A program made the translations under genes and the position numbers. Shown here one piece after another: positions 25,300 through 39,050 of a stretch of DNA of 64,000 nucleotides. How positions within the stretch are numbered: the first letter of the stretch is position 1; the number at the start of each line of letters is the position of its first letter. A model generated the notes under the pieces. The model worked only from the letters and a program-made list of their open reading frames with translations. It made no database searches and was not told where the DNA came from. The stretch comes from Eledone cirrhosa. Lineage: Eukaryota. Where the stretch lies: assembly GCA_964016885.1 (NCBI GenBank), contig OZ024743.1:53630001-53694000 (forward strand), read 5' to 3'.

Positions 25300-26586
25300 T
25301 CGTCGTTTGCAGCATTTTTGCTGCCCTAAAATCCTTTCACAACAGACACCAATAAATCCCATGCTCTTTTTTTTACGTCAGTCACCGAGCTTGAGAAGTT
25401 TTGGCATTTCATTAACTTAATGATTTGTGTCCTGTCAAAAACACCAGCCTTTATTTCATCATAACTTAGGCTAGGAAATGTACATATGAATTTGAAACAG
25501 TCACCCTCCACATTAAGAGCTTTGACAAACTTTCATTAGTCCTAGTTGAATATGAAAGGGTGTGAAGATGATTTTCTCTCACCCAACAAGTGGTTAGTGT
25601 ATGATATTCTTCTCCTCAATAGTCAAACGTTTTCTAACTGACCAGTGTTTCTGTTCCCAATGTTTGTTTTTCACTCTGCTATCCCATAAACACAGGAAAC
25701 ATTGATTTTTGTATACCCTCCTTGTTGGCCAAGTAAACAGTTGACCATTTTCAGATCCATACATATGTCCTATTTCTGTTCATCAGACTTGAGTAAATCT
25801 ATATCAGTTTTTACGTTTTCATGCTTCTCTTTTAAGTGCGCAGTGACCAATAGGAATTGCACCTCACAAATTTCCATTATGGAGTAATATACATTTTAGA
25901 TTCTTCTTTGAATTATCTATAAAGAGTTTCCATTCCCGAGGATCATACTATAGAGCGCTCATCGTTTTTAACAGTCCCACCACGTCACAAGAGTAAACAA
26001 AATCTTTTTCAATTTTAAAGAATGCCAAGAGATCTTTTCCCCCGTTCCTATAAAAGATACATGTGTTTCTTTCTTCAACATATTCTCTTTAAGTCTAGAA
26101 GCTAACAGTTCTGATAACTCTTTTGACAGACTTAATTGTCTAACAAAATCATTCAGTTCTGCCTGGTTGACGTTTTCACTGTTTTCATCTGATACACATA
26201 TATCACTATCACCTTCCAGTGAAGGTACTTCTGTGTAAACGGGAGTGAAGCACGGGACGAATTGCTAAATCCAGATTTGGGAATTTATTTTGTGTCGAGT
26301 TTTCTTGCTATTACCAGAAGTCTTTGTGAGACAAAAGTAGCAATCTTCTGCATAGTTCTTTGGTTCCCGCCATACCTTAGGAATGCTAAATGCTAGTTCT
26401 TTCCTTGTGCCCTTTGTCCATTCGCATAGATTTTCGAGACATGATTTACATACATTGTGCGGGGCCCACGTTTATCCTGAACACATAATAGAAATAAAAA
26501 GCATTGTCATTTTTAAACTCAACGGTCCCCAAAACAGGTCTCAAACTTAGGTCAGCAGAAAAAAAGCCAACTTTTGTTGACCAGTG
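25300..26586 (-). mobile_element. Decayed DNA transposon (widespread invertebrate family; TA-flanked CACTG terminus, Tc1/mariner-like)
   Basis: Minus-strand pieces WAPHNVCKSC...IPKVWREPKN..DCYFC, GYTK..CFLCLWDSR, FVKAL..EG.CFK..FPSLS..IKAGVF; terminus TA|CACTGGTCAACAAAAG at 26586. Confidence 0.7.
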
Positions 26587-27365
26587 TAATTACTTGAAAG
26601 AGTGTATATTCCCTAAGAAATACGACGAGGAAAGCGTTAACGTACTACTGCATTATTTTTAGCATGCTTGTTTATAATAACATTCCCCTCTGGTTATACA
26701 TGTTACACCATAAAGAGAAATATTAACATATTATTACATGTCTATATCAATATATCAAATAGCATGTTTAGTTGTGATAACATGATTTAACTACACCATA
26801 AAGCAACATGGTTACTCGTTATACTACGAGTTTGTTTAAACATAATATATCACCGCTGTCTCTTATGTATCACCACATGACCATAACTCATTTCAGTTTA
26901 GCACATTAACACAAGTTCTCTTCAAAATATTTTTAAGCCAAAGTAAGTTCTAAGAAAACGAGAAGATTACGAATGCCTTTATTATCATTTACTGTCATAT
27001 TTCTATCCAAACTGTCATATTTCTCTCAAAGGGGAAGTTGCAGATACACAGAAACCACATAAGACTACTGCAATCAGATGACATCCATACCAGTAATTAG
27101 AACGGCTTTATTTATTGTTATGTATGGGAGTGTACTTTTGATATAGTTCTGATGGGATAATTTTTTTTTTTTTTAAACAACTACACATGTTTAGTGTGGT
27201 GTGTACCTTATTGGTTTAGATTTTATGGGGAGTATTTGTTTGGTTCATGGCTACGTTAGATGGTTTTGCTTTTTATGATAGGCGTTATATAATATATTTC
27301 TTCCATGTACTGTGCGGTTGTTTTGTTATTTCTGTTTAGCATTTACACACATACTATGTATATAC

Positions 27366-27435
<70 letters not shown>

Positions 27436-28075
27436 TATAGCGCATACATGTTAAGTATATGAAACTTTGTTTATACTATATATATATATATAGTATAAAC
27501 AAAGTTTCATATACTTAACATATATGCGCTACCAATGGTTTCGGCGTCCAATCATGGTCACCTCAGTATAATGGAGGAGACACTTTTAAAGTGGTCTTTC
27601 TAAAGGCACGTGGACAAAAACACTTTTGTCCACGTGTCTCAACGAAGGGCCAGTTCCTGGCGCTTCATGGAGGCACGTGGATTAAGTATTTTTGTCCATG
27701 TGCCTGCTTTAAAGGTACCTCCTGCATTATACTGAGGTGACCATGACTGGACCCCGAAACCATTGGTAGCGCATACGTGTTAAGTATATGAAACTTTGTT
27801 TACATCAAATAAGCTTTCTTCCAACAGATAGGGCACTGTTTTCCTTGATCTTTCATCTACGGATTTCTACCAACGTACACACACACACATACATACATAC
27901 ATACATACATACATACATACATACATACATACATACATACATACATACATGCATGCATACACAGAGACACAGACACCCACACACATATATATATAAATTT
28001 CCCACTCTATTACCCATAGTATCGAGTACTTTGGTGCTTTACGGTCCACCTGGTTCCTTACCACACTTCCTTCGT

Positions 28076-28146
<71 letters not shown>

Positions 28147-28432
28147 GGATGCTTAGTAAAATCGAATCTTTGGCGATTTGCAACCAAATTCGACCTACTG
28201 TATGAATGAGTTAGCAAAGCACTCGACAAGGTCCTTAGAGTAATAACATACGTTTAAATAGCTTGACAAATTGAACATTGTGGTAGGCAAAATCTAACAC
28301 ACAATACCAAAGTAACGAAAGAACTAACAAATTGAGAAAATATATATATATATATATATATATTGTTATACTTGGGGAGGGTCATATTTGTGTAATATTG
28401 CCAGAATTAATAACAAAACTAATTCATCGCCG

Positions 28433-28472
<40 letters not shown>

Positions 28473-28814
28473 TATCATGGTAAATACATGGAAATGTGTT
28501 TTGATAGAGATCAAATTAAGACACAAACGACATAGAAAATATTAAAACATTATGAGAGGACATACAATGTAAATTAGGTATAGTTGAACTTAACAGTTGT
28601 GTCATCATTATCATTCAGGATTTGCATTGGTATCTCTATACATGGATCTATGTGGGCATGTCTTCGTGGATGTATATAGCCATGTCTTTTTATGTATATA
28701 TTACTATGTGTTGGCGTGTTTATATTGGTGGTGTGTCTTCATGTGTGCATGGGTATGTATTTATGTGTATATTAGTATGTGTTCTGAACTGTATAGGTAT
28801 GTATGTGATGGGGC

Positions 28815-29117
28815 GTAGCTTATTAATTAGGTATTTCGATTCTAGATCGTAAAGCCATTACTTCTATTCCCGGCAGCGAGTTGTGTCCTTGAGCAAGATT
28901 CTTTATTTTTCGTTGCTCCAATCTACTCAGCTAACAAAAAGGGTGTAATTTTAGAGGACACACTTATCACACAATGTTTCACGCTGAATCTCCCTGAGAG
29001 CTACGTTAAGTTTACATGGGCCAATAGAATACTCAGCCAATTGTACGTGAATTTCAAGAACAGGATGCTCTGTAGTTCGAACATCTGGAACACTCGTCGT
29101 AACTCATGAAGGTCCGG
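28815..29117 (+). mobile_element. SINE family B
   Basis: gtgtccttgagcaaga..tttatttt.cgttgctcca core; ctgaatctccctgagag tail. Confidence 0.7.
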
Positions 29118-29291
29118 CAACAATAACAACAACATCTTTAGTCATGTGTGATGTGTACGTGTGTGAGTGTGTATGTGTATGTCTATGTATGTGTGTGTGT
29201 ACATGTGTGCGTCTGTGTGTGTGTGAACGAGGCAGAAGAAATATAGAAGTTCTATTGTAACAAGGATGGTGTTCACAACTTGGTTTACATT

Positions 29292-29505
29292 CTTCTTCTT
29301 CGCCCACTTATTCCTGAGAGGATCGAGGTAGCAAAGTCCTCAACCACTCCTTCCAGCGGGTCCTGTCAGAACCAACCGTCTCCAACTGATCCGACTGGAT
29401 CCCCAAGCGAGACCAGCCAAGCTCCTGGATTTTATCCAACCATCTTATTCGGTGTCTACCCCTGGGTCTCCTGCCGGTTGGTTTTGCCCGTAAAATCTGT
29501 CCAGG
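29292..29505 (-). mobile_element. 3' fragment of the Expander-like RTE
   Basis: KPTGRRPRGRHRIRWLDKIQELGWSRLGI..LETV.SDRTRW; tail gaagaagaa. Confidence 0.8.
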
Positions 29506-29752
29506 TTTCCAATTAAAAATAAAACGTGCCATTGAGGTAAAACTTGATTTATCATCATCACTTAACGCCCGCGTTCCCTGCTAGGATATAAGGCAACGTT
29601 TTGGTCAGTCAACTAACGCTGGCTGTCCTTCGACATGTATCGGTAGGAGGTCTGACACACAAGTGTTGAAAAACCTCATGGCCTTATAAATAAAGACGAG
29701 TGGAGTTTATAGGCAGCCATCACTACCATCCGGCAGATAGCAGTATACGTAG

Positions 29753-29819
<67 letters not shown>

Positions 29820-29964
29820 TGTGTGTGTGTGTGTGTACGTGTGTGTGTACGTGTGTGTGTCGAGGCGGCGAAGAGTACGTGTTTGTATTTATACACAGAA
29901 TTCATAAATGCATGCATACACACACATACACGCGCTCATGCACACACTCATAAACATGCACAAA

Positions 29965-30020
<56 letters not shown>

Positions 30021-30125
30021 ATATGTGTGTGTGTAATGATAACAATAATAATAAAGCACTTATTTGGCGCCATATATCCATCAAAACGAAAGAATGTTTA
30101 TAAGTAATCTACGACACACACTCAT

Positions 30126-30183
<58 letters not shown>

Positions 30184-30830
30184 TACCAGTGTTTTCTCAG
30201 TACTTACTTGCCTGTTTTGTCGTGTAACCTGCGTTTCTTTCGTCCATTGCAATAAAAATGTCATAAAAACGAAACAAAGAATTTAATTCTGTTTGTTTTT
30301 CCACTGCAGCAGCAAATATGAGAAAGAAAAAGAGTAGAAAATAGTCCAACTTAAGACTAAACAAAAGATTGATAACCCACCATTTTCCCCTCTCAGAGCG
30401 ATGATAAATGAAATGGCGGTGAAACGAATATTTATATTCCCCTCCAAGACAACAGATTGCGGATTTAATAGAAGCCATGTTCTGATAATATTTGTTTATT
30501 TATTAATCATTTAATCATTTTAACGTCCGTGGAAAGCTGGAAATGGTATCTAATATCCTTTATAATTAAGTATATAAAGTTTGTATATCCAATGATATAC
30601 GTTATGTTTATGATTAAAGATTTAAATGCCTTTAGCTATGAGTTTTAAAAGATTGCGTCTGCCAACACCTTTTAAAATTCATAGCTGAAGGCTTTCAAAT
30701 GTTTATCCATAAACATAACGTATATTATTCGATATACAGAGTTTACACACTTATGTTATATAGTTATGTTGGAGCGACACCTTAATTCTATATCTTTATA
30801 ATTAAGATTGGGAGGGTTTCTAATATCCCT

Positions 30831-30985
30831 CAGACCTGTCAACTCTCCCCGTCAGACGGGGAGATCTCCCACCCACATTGGTGTGGGTGAGAGATGTCTT
30901 TCATTACGTAAAATCTCATTTTGCCTCATTTCTCCCCGTTTTGGGGCACTTTTTTTCTTTGAGTTTTTAGAGTTTGGCAGGTCTG
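30831..30985. mobile_element. MITE with CAGACCTG termini and 6-bp TSD (copy 1)
   Basis: cagacctgtcaactct / agagtttggcaggtctg; atccct duplicated on both sides. Confidence 0.75.
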
Positions 30986-31489
30986 ATCCCTTATAATTAA
31001 GGAACAAACACATAAGAGAGGCAGAGAGAGAAGGAGAAAGAGAAAGATAGTGAGGTGAGGCAAAAGAGACAAAAATAAAAAAATAATTGAAAAACAGACA
31101 GCTAGAGAGCAGTTAAATGTTTCTGTTGGATTTTTCGTAGTTTCCATGATTTGGAAGATCTTGTTTATAGTTGATAGATCCTTTACAATATATTGTGCCT
31201 TCAATCTTGATAGTTTTTAACGACAAGTTTTTGACAGTAATAATTTAATCTTGGTTTAAGATTTAGATTGTTCTAGTTAGCTGAACAAGCCAGGTAAGAG
31301 TTTTAATAATAGTTGCTGAGATTCAATATGGTAACTGGCAGGGCAATTTATCTTTCTTCAGTTCATGGCCTTTTGGATATTTTCTATTTAACGAACAGTT
31401 TCCATTTCTTTTTGTAAATTTCCACATAGATATAGTGTCTTGCATGCTGATTGCAAAAATCATAACCACCTCTTTTTTTAGAAATTACT

Positions 31490-31688
31490 AATGGTTTCTG
31501 ATTCAGGTACAAGGTCAACAATTTTTGGGGAGGGGAAAGTCCATTAAATTGATTCCAGTGCGTGTCTAGTACTTTATTTTATCGACCTCATAAGGATGAA
31601 AGGCAAAGCTAACCTTGGCGGGATTTTAACCCAGAACATAAATGGCCATGGTACCTGACGCTTTACCGATACTGCCAATACACCGCCC
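31490..31688 (-). mobile_element. SINE family A
   Basis: Collinear with 20236-20425. Confidence 0.75.
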
Positions 31689-32545
31689 TCTTGTGAAATT
31701 AATAATTGTTTCTACTTTACACTAAAATACATTCGTCCTCTTGAGAAATTAATAATAAAATGTTAGAGATTTAATTTTTTAAAGTAAATTTAGCCAATCA
31801 GAGTTAACCATCCTTTACACCTTCGATTAGTTAGCGACACGATAGAAACGATAGCAATGACAACAACAAAACAAATAACCATCTAGCTGCAATCAAGAGA
31901 TGGCGAATGTATCTATAAACAGTGAGCAAAACCATCTGTGTAGTCCTTTTGCATAAGGAAGTTGAATAAGTCCTGTATATTAGAGATATAGTGAATTTGT
32001 AAACTTTCATTTAATGGGGTGCAAAGGGTGAAATTGCCCCGGGCCCTCTGGAGTGGGGAGCCCGACAAGCGACGGCCATAGCAATTTATTTGTGCCCTCA
32101 GCTAGGCTTTTTAGTTTTAGGATGGTTATAATCTTTGAATTTAATACCTGTATGTATAACTTTTCAATTCCAATTACTTGCGCCAAGCTACCTTTGATAT
32201 GTAAAATTAGGGTGTTTACTGTGTATTCTAATTTTTTGTGTATTAAGGCCCTTCCCTCAAACCTGTAGTACCCCGGTTCCAGACCAGGTAGTGTAAGCTA
32301 TATGTTAGGGGTGACATGGAGATAAAAAATGGAGAGCGGTGTGAAACTGCCTAAAAATTACACTCATCTAGACACTTTAACTTATCAAGGGCTTACTCAC
32401 TCAACAACACACTCTAACTGTTATAAGACTCACTCACTAACCCACTACAATAATTCAAAAGAATACCCATTTAACACAGTAATGGTTACGAAGTTTATCT
32501 CGCAACCAGGAGGCTTCGTCGACAAGAATCTTTAGCATAGTATCC

Positions 32546-32736
32546 CAGACATGTCAACCTCTAAAAACCCAAACAGGAAGTACCATGAAACCAAATGCCT
32601 CAAAATGGAGAGAAATGAGGCAAAATGAGATTTTACATAAAGAAAGTTATATCCATTTTCACAAAAGAAGACATCTCTCACTCACCCAAAGTGGGTGGCA
32701 GATCTCCCCATCCGACGGGGAGAGTTGACAGGTCTG
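32546..32736. mobile_element. MITE with CAGACCTG termini and 6-bp TSD (copy 2, opposite orientation)
   Basis: cagacatgtcaacctc / gagagttgacaggtctg; gtatcc duplicated on both sides. Confidence 0.75.
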
Positions 32737-33499
32737 GTATCCTTTTACTGTGATTGAAATTAAACAGGCGGAGACTGGATCGTAAACTGTCGGCTGAATT
32801 ATACTAGTAATTCAAAGGTCCTACGATGTCACATATTCTGTCAAGCTGATTCGGCTCATGAATTACGTTATGAATGCACTTAAGACACACGTAAATTTAA
32901 TACGTAGAGCATTCAGTTGATTTTCAGAATACCAATTTTGACAACAAAAATTTGATAAACAATGATAAACATAAAAATAAGGTCCCGACACTTCATGTCT
33001 TGTTACCTAATTTTTTATGACATTTTGTTTATTTACTACTTTAACTAAATATAATTTATATACTTCATTGAGAGGTCATGAGTTCAGATTACTGTCTAGC
33101 AGAGAAAATTATCCTCGGGCTTAGGATACGCCTATGAGAAACGCAATCTTCTACCTTCAGGACCCATGGTAGATTTTCGAGGCTTATTTTAGGGAAAAAA
33201 TAACCTCTTCCACGCCGGGAAATACGGTAATTCTTACATATATAGCCATTATTAAACCATAATAACTTTTGTTAAATATTAATTTGTCTAGAATTTTCAT
33301 CTATACTACCTTGGTGACTGTTGTTATTACTGGCAATATCCCGTATATGTCAACTATATTTTACAAAAAGAAGTTACACAATGATGGAAAGATAAAAAAA
33401 AATGAAGTAATGCAAAGAGGGTGGAGGGGGAAAAGAAAGGCAGATCTGGCTGCATGGGAAAGTAGAGGAAAGGGTTATAAATGCCAGAAATGAGAAGAA

Positions 33500-33810
33500 A
33501 GGGAAGGAAAAGCAAAGAACTCTTGGGCCACGGAAGAAAGGGAGGGAAAAAGGAGAGGGTGTTGGGCTCTATGCCTAGGGCGGGGTGGTGTTTCGGCTGC
33601 GCCCCGCTGACAAAACTGCAAAAATATTTCCACGGGCAATAGCCAGCGACACCCGCTGCAACAGCCACCCCACTTCGCGGGGCTTCTTCCTCAGACGGAC
33701 TGCTGATGTTCCGATTTTGAGAAGGAGCTTGGCCGTATGGAGTCCAAGGACGCCTGAGATCTCGACGGCGACTGGTACGAAGAGGAAGCGGCCTGATGAG
33801 CCCCGTATAA
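33500..33810 (-). mobile_element. CRE-like non-LTR retrotransposon 3' fragment (REL endonuclease C-terminus)
   Basis: FVPVAVEISGVLG..TAKLL..IG....RKKPREVGWLLQRVSLAIARGN..AVL. Confidence 0.7.
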
Positions 33811-34121
33811 TGTTTGCAAATATCATAGTTTTATAGTCTCTTTATATTAGTAACACATGTCAGTTCTGGTTTACTTCTACATTTATTAAATTATGTATTT
33901 TATTATATCTATATATAATCTGTAATATAATTATCTACTTATTACCTCTTAATTCATTTTTAATATTACTTACTCCGTTGATATTTTACACGTTTTCACT
34001 CTAATATATCATTTATCACGTTAATACGCTTTCTTTCACTCGCTTACTTTCACTTACGCAAATATAATGACGTTGTTGTCATTTAAAATTTAGCATTTGT
34101 TTTTAACGGTTATTATTGAAG

Positions 34122-34573
34122 TACTTTCGGGTCCCAAATATTAAGAGGAGGTGGAATAAGCGAGGGCGTTGGAATAATCGGGGGTGGGGTACTGTAATAA
34201 GCGGGAGGGGGGGGGGAATAACCAGGGGGGTGTAATTTTTCTAGGTTGTCTCCGTTGATTTTTTAAAAACCCAGAATTAGTCGTTTAGTTTACATATTGA
34301 GACCCCAACCCATCCTATTTATTTTATAACGTATGGGATTTCTTGTAATGTTCTTTTTTTTGTCATGTCTAATGTTTTTTAATCTATATAGAAAATTAAT
34401 TTTCGCAGGAATGCTCCTACTTAAAATAAAATTTTACCTGAGATAGATTAGCAAAATTTAATTAGTATGTGTGTGTGTGTGTGGGGGGGGGGTCTAGAAT
34501 AAGATCGGGTTGGGAGGGATCTGAAAAGTTAAAAAGTGGGAGTGGGAGAACGATTATTCGAGATCCGAGAGTA
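34122..34573. mobile_element. ~450-bp TIR MITE (reverse copy of 6728-7165)
   Basis: tactttcgggtcccaaata / attattcgagatccgagagta termini. Confidence 0.7.
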
Positions 34574-34693
34574 CGTTATTTTTTAGATATAAAATTGATG
34601 TGTTATAAGGATGTGTTTTATGAAATTTCTGATGACACAAGAACGAATGGAGTTAACGTTTAATACCACATTCCTTGCTCATAATATATAGAC

Positions 34694-35725
34694 CAGGCAT
34701 GGGCAACCATTTTCGAGCAGTGGGCTGCATAGAATGTGGCTAACCATAAAGCGAACCGGACTACTAAAAAACAACCAAGAAACAAGGCAATTTTGAAATT
34801 AGAGGTGCTATTCAGAAAACCAAACTGGCTGTATGTGACTCATGGACCGCAGTTTGTCATGACTGATATAGACACATCTATACATTAATAATTTACTGTA
34901 AATTGTGCAATTGTGAGATAACTGATCGCTTAAGTCAAACAGTAAGGCAAATAGTAAGAAAAACACCAAAAGAATGCGAAAGTAGCGAAACAAACAGTGA
35001 AGGTGACAGATTTGATAAAGCCTGCTAAATGTTCTGCTCACTTAACGAAAATAGCATCAGTTGAGCTGAAACTGTGCGGATTTATTGTTGAGCACAACCT
35101 ACCCATTGCTATTTTGGATCATTTTCTGGCATTATTGCCGACATATTCTCTGATTAAAAAATCGTCAAAGACATCAAGTGCGCAAGAACTAAAGGAACTT
35201 GCATTTCTTCATATGTAATCGGTTCCAATGCTTTCAATGAGTTTTTGTCTAAGTTAAATTCAGCAAAGTTCTCTCTTATTGTAGATGAAACAATGGATAT
35301 TTCTACCAACAAACAACTTGTTCTAGTAGCTTTAGACCTGACCAATGTTATTGGAAATGAAATTTTCCAATCTTGTGGATGGAGACCAATATAAAAAAAT
35401 AAATAGAGAATGGAGGGAACTGACTCTGCAAGATGTATCTCTTAATGCACAAGATGAGACTGAGAAATACTAGTTTCTTGTTTCTCAAGAAAAATGTGGT
35501 GGCATATATCGCTACCTGTTACTATCTAAGTTCATGATGCAACTTCTTTCATTGCCACATTCTTCAGCAGCGACAGAAAGAGGGTTTTCTCTTCTCAATA
35601 ACATAAAAACAAAAGATTGCAATTCTTTAAAAACATTAAATTTCTTGCTAAGATCGAAGTGTCTGCTGCAAAATGTTGACTGCACTAAGTAGCATCCACA
35701 ACAGCAACTTTGTCTCAAACTACAA
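34694..35725 (+). pseudogene. Decayed hAT transposon (left terminus plus transposase remnants)
   Basis: caggcatgggcaac hAT-like end; ELKLCGFIVEHNLPIAILDH, FSLIVDETMDISTNKQL, LLSLPHSSAATERGFS.LNNIKTK (hATC dimerisation motif). Confidence 0.8.
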
Positions 35726-36490
35726 ACTACTTTTTAATTAAAATATATGAAGTAAATGTAAAACATTATCTTTTTTAACACTGTTTACCGTCCATTTTTC
35801 CATGCTAGAATGGGTTAGATTAGTTGTCACGTTGTGAGACTAGTTAGATCAGATGACTATGTCTTACACATACAGAACTGTTTTTGGCTTGGTTTATGGC
35901 ACCAACACGTCCGCTTTACAGTATGGACTGGGCGCGTTTGGTCGTGGTACCAAATCGACTACTTTACGTCTGAGGGCTGTGATGGGAAAGGTGCGTGTAT
36001 GTAGGATAGGGATTGGAAGTAGGTCTAGGGTGGGGTATTTAGCTGGTGAAAAGGTGGAGTGGTAGAACGTGGGAGGTGTATGGAAGTGGGTAACTAGATT
36101 TGGTACGTCTTTGTATATTTTGGAACTTTTAAACAAAGTTTTTGGTAATATCGAGAAAAAAGGTTCAGCAACCCTGTATGTGAGAGCCTTAACTGCAGAG
36201 ATTGACTGTAATAACGGCCGATCACTATAAACTATAACTAAGATAATTTGGTGAATTACTCTTAGAGCTGTGGTTCATAGTGATCAGTTGTTATTGCAGT
36301 CCTTTTCTGCGTTTGCGACGCCCACATACTCCTATATATACACTTATTGAGTACATACACGTATGTGGGTGCAAACAGTTTTAAGTATATGCACCAGTAC
36401 ATTCATGTAAAAAGTGCAGAACCTACTTGGAACTTAGTTAAATTATTCTATTCGACATAATACCCACAACACTTACACAGACCTGCATGT

Positions 36491-36648
<158 letters not shown>

Positions 36649-36924
36649 AACACATCATCCCCCATATATACACATACACACACATATATATATATGCGTG
36701 TATGAGTTTGTGACTCTACCTGCCTGTATCTGCCTATATCTAGCTGAAAACGTGCCTACATACAAGGGCGCACACACACATAGGCAAATATATATAATTC
36801 TGCATGAATTAATACATGAAATGTTTGTATGCAAGCATTTCTCTGTTTCTACTCTACCCTATTTAGTATTCACATGCATATATATACACACACACACATT
36901 CAGATACACACATACACACCCACA

Positions 36925-37033
<109 letters not shown>

Positions 37034-37607
37034 ATATACATATATATGTGTATATATATGTTTATATATATATGTATATATATCATCATCATCATCATCG
37101 TTTAACGTCCATGTTCCACGCTTGCATGGGTTTGGACGGGAGTTTTCCCACTTGAGGCAAGAGTGGTTGTCTTGCTCGCATAGGACTGTCTGGCGGGTTT
37201 TCTACAGCTGGATGCCCTTCCTAACACCAACCACATTTACAGTGTGGGACTGGGAGATTTTTACCGTGTTGCCTACACGGCCACATTACAGCGTGGACTG
37301 TGTGTTTTTTTGTCGTGACACCTACACGATCTCATTTGTTTCGGCCTGGATGTTGTGGCACCAACATAACTTTACATTGAAAGGGGCGGTGTGGATGGGA
37401 CGGGGATGGTGGGACGAGGGTGTATTTTGTTAGAGATGCCTACTGACTGTAGTAGGTTTTACTTTGTATTTAGGTAAGGCGGGTCTTCTCTATTACTGAG
37501 TACCGCCAAAGATCTCGGTCCAGTGACATTGTCTTGGAGAGGTGTAAGTGTGTGAGGTCGGAATATATATATATATATATATATATACACGTCTCTCTCT
37601 CACTCTC

Positions 37608-37742
<135 letters not shown>

Positions 37743-37807
37743 TGCGGTCTTGAGATTGGGGAGACACAGAAGCCCAAACCACTTGGCATCATGTTATCGG
37801 GATTTTA

Positions 37808-37936
<129 letters not shown>

Positions 37937-38332
37937 AAACTCGAGTCCTGTTAAACTCGATGGATTATTTTTACAAACTATGAATATTGCTTTGATAAAA
38001 CTGTAACTTCCAATTCATTTTTGGAAAATTACTACTCTTCCAATGACTCGCTGTTATTTGAACTACGACTTAATTAGATAAGTGATATATGTTATCTGTT
38101 GTCCTTGAATGATTTGTTTTGATATTTCATTAATCGTTTGGATTTTAATTAAACTCTGATGACTTCTATAATTTATGCTCACTAATAGCAAATTGTTAAA
38201 TAAAATAATTTGCTGTCTGTGGTATATTCCTATGGGAAGAAACAATTGTCAGTGATTAAATATCGTTTTTGGTTTAAAAGCAAATTGTAACTATGTACTG
38301 GCTCTCTCTCACACACACACACACACACACGA

Positions 38333-38683
38333 TGACTAGAAGGGTCGTCGCATGCAAGTGTGCCAGGACATCCTCGAGCGTCTTGAAACCGAACCAGACT
38401 TGCTAGGGACAGTCATCGCCGTTGATGAGTCATGGATCTTCGAGTACGACTCGGAGGGGACCCGTTTTGAAGACGTAGACGACATTAAAAAGGCCGTGAC
38501 GGCGGAACTGCAGAGGATCCCGGAAGAATCCTTCCAGGAGTGCATGCAAGAGTGGCAGAAAAGGATGGAAAAGTGCATTAGACTCCAGAGGGTTACTTTG
38601 AAGGAGAAAACTCTTAGTGTGAAGTTTGGGTTTGAAATAAATCTTTTGTGACATCAGTCCTGGAGCTTTTCTGACACACCTCG
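38333..38683 (+). mobile_element. Internally deleted mariner element (transposase fragment + right TIR)
   Basis: RMQVCQDIL....PDLL..VIAVDESWIFEYD joined to GTRFEDVDDIKKAVTAELQRIP..FQECMQEW.KR..KCI; ends gacacacctcg|TA. Confidence 0.85.
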
Positions 38684-38708
38684 TATACATATACGCCCCC
38701 CCCCCCCC

Positions 38709-38744
<36 letters not shown>

Positions 38745-38745
<1 letters not shown>

Positions 38746-39050
38746 GATAGAGCGTCGGGCTTACAATCGTGAGGTTGTGAGTTCGATTCTCGGACCGGGT
38801 TTTGCGTTGTGTTCTTGAGCAAGACACTTTATTTCGTGTTACTACAGTTTACTCAGCTGTAGAATGAGTTGAGATGTCACTGGTGCCAAGCTGTATCGAC
38901 CTTTCCCTTTCCCTTGGACAACATCGGTAGCGTGGAGAGGAGAGACTGGTATTCATGGGTGACTGCCGGTCTTCTACAAACAACCTTGCCTGGATTTGTG
39001 CTTCGGACGGGAACATTCTATGTGCAAATACCATGGTCATTCGTGGCCGA
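38745..39050 (+). mobile_element. tRNA-derived SINE with family-B head and a different tail
   Basis: gagttcgattc B-box; gtgttcttgagcaagacactttatttc core. Confidence 0.6.
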
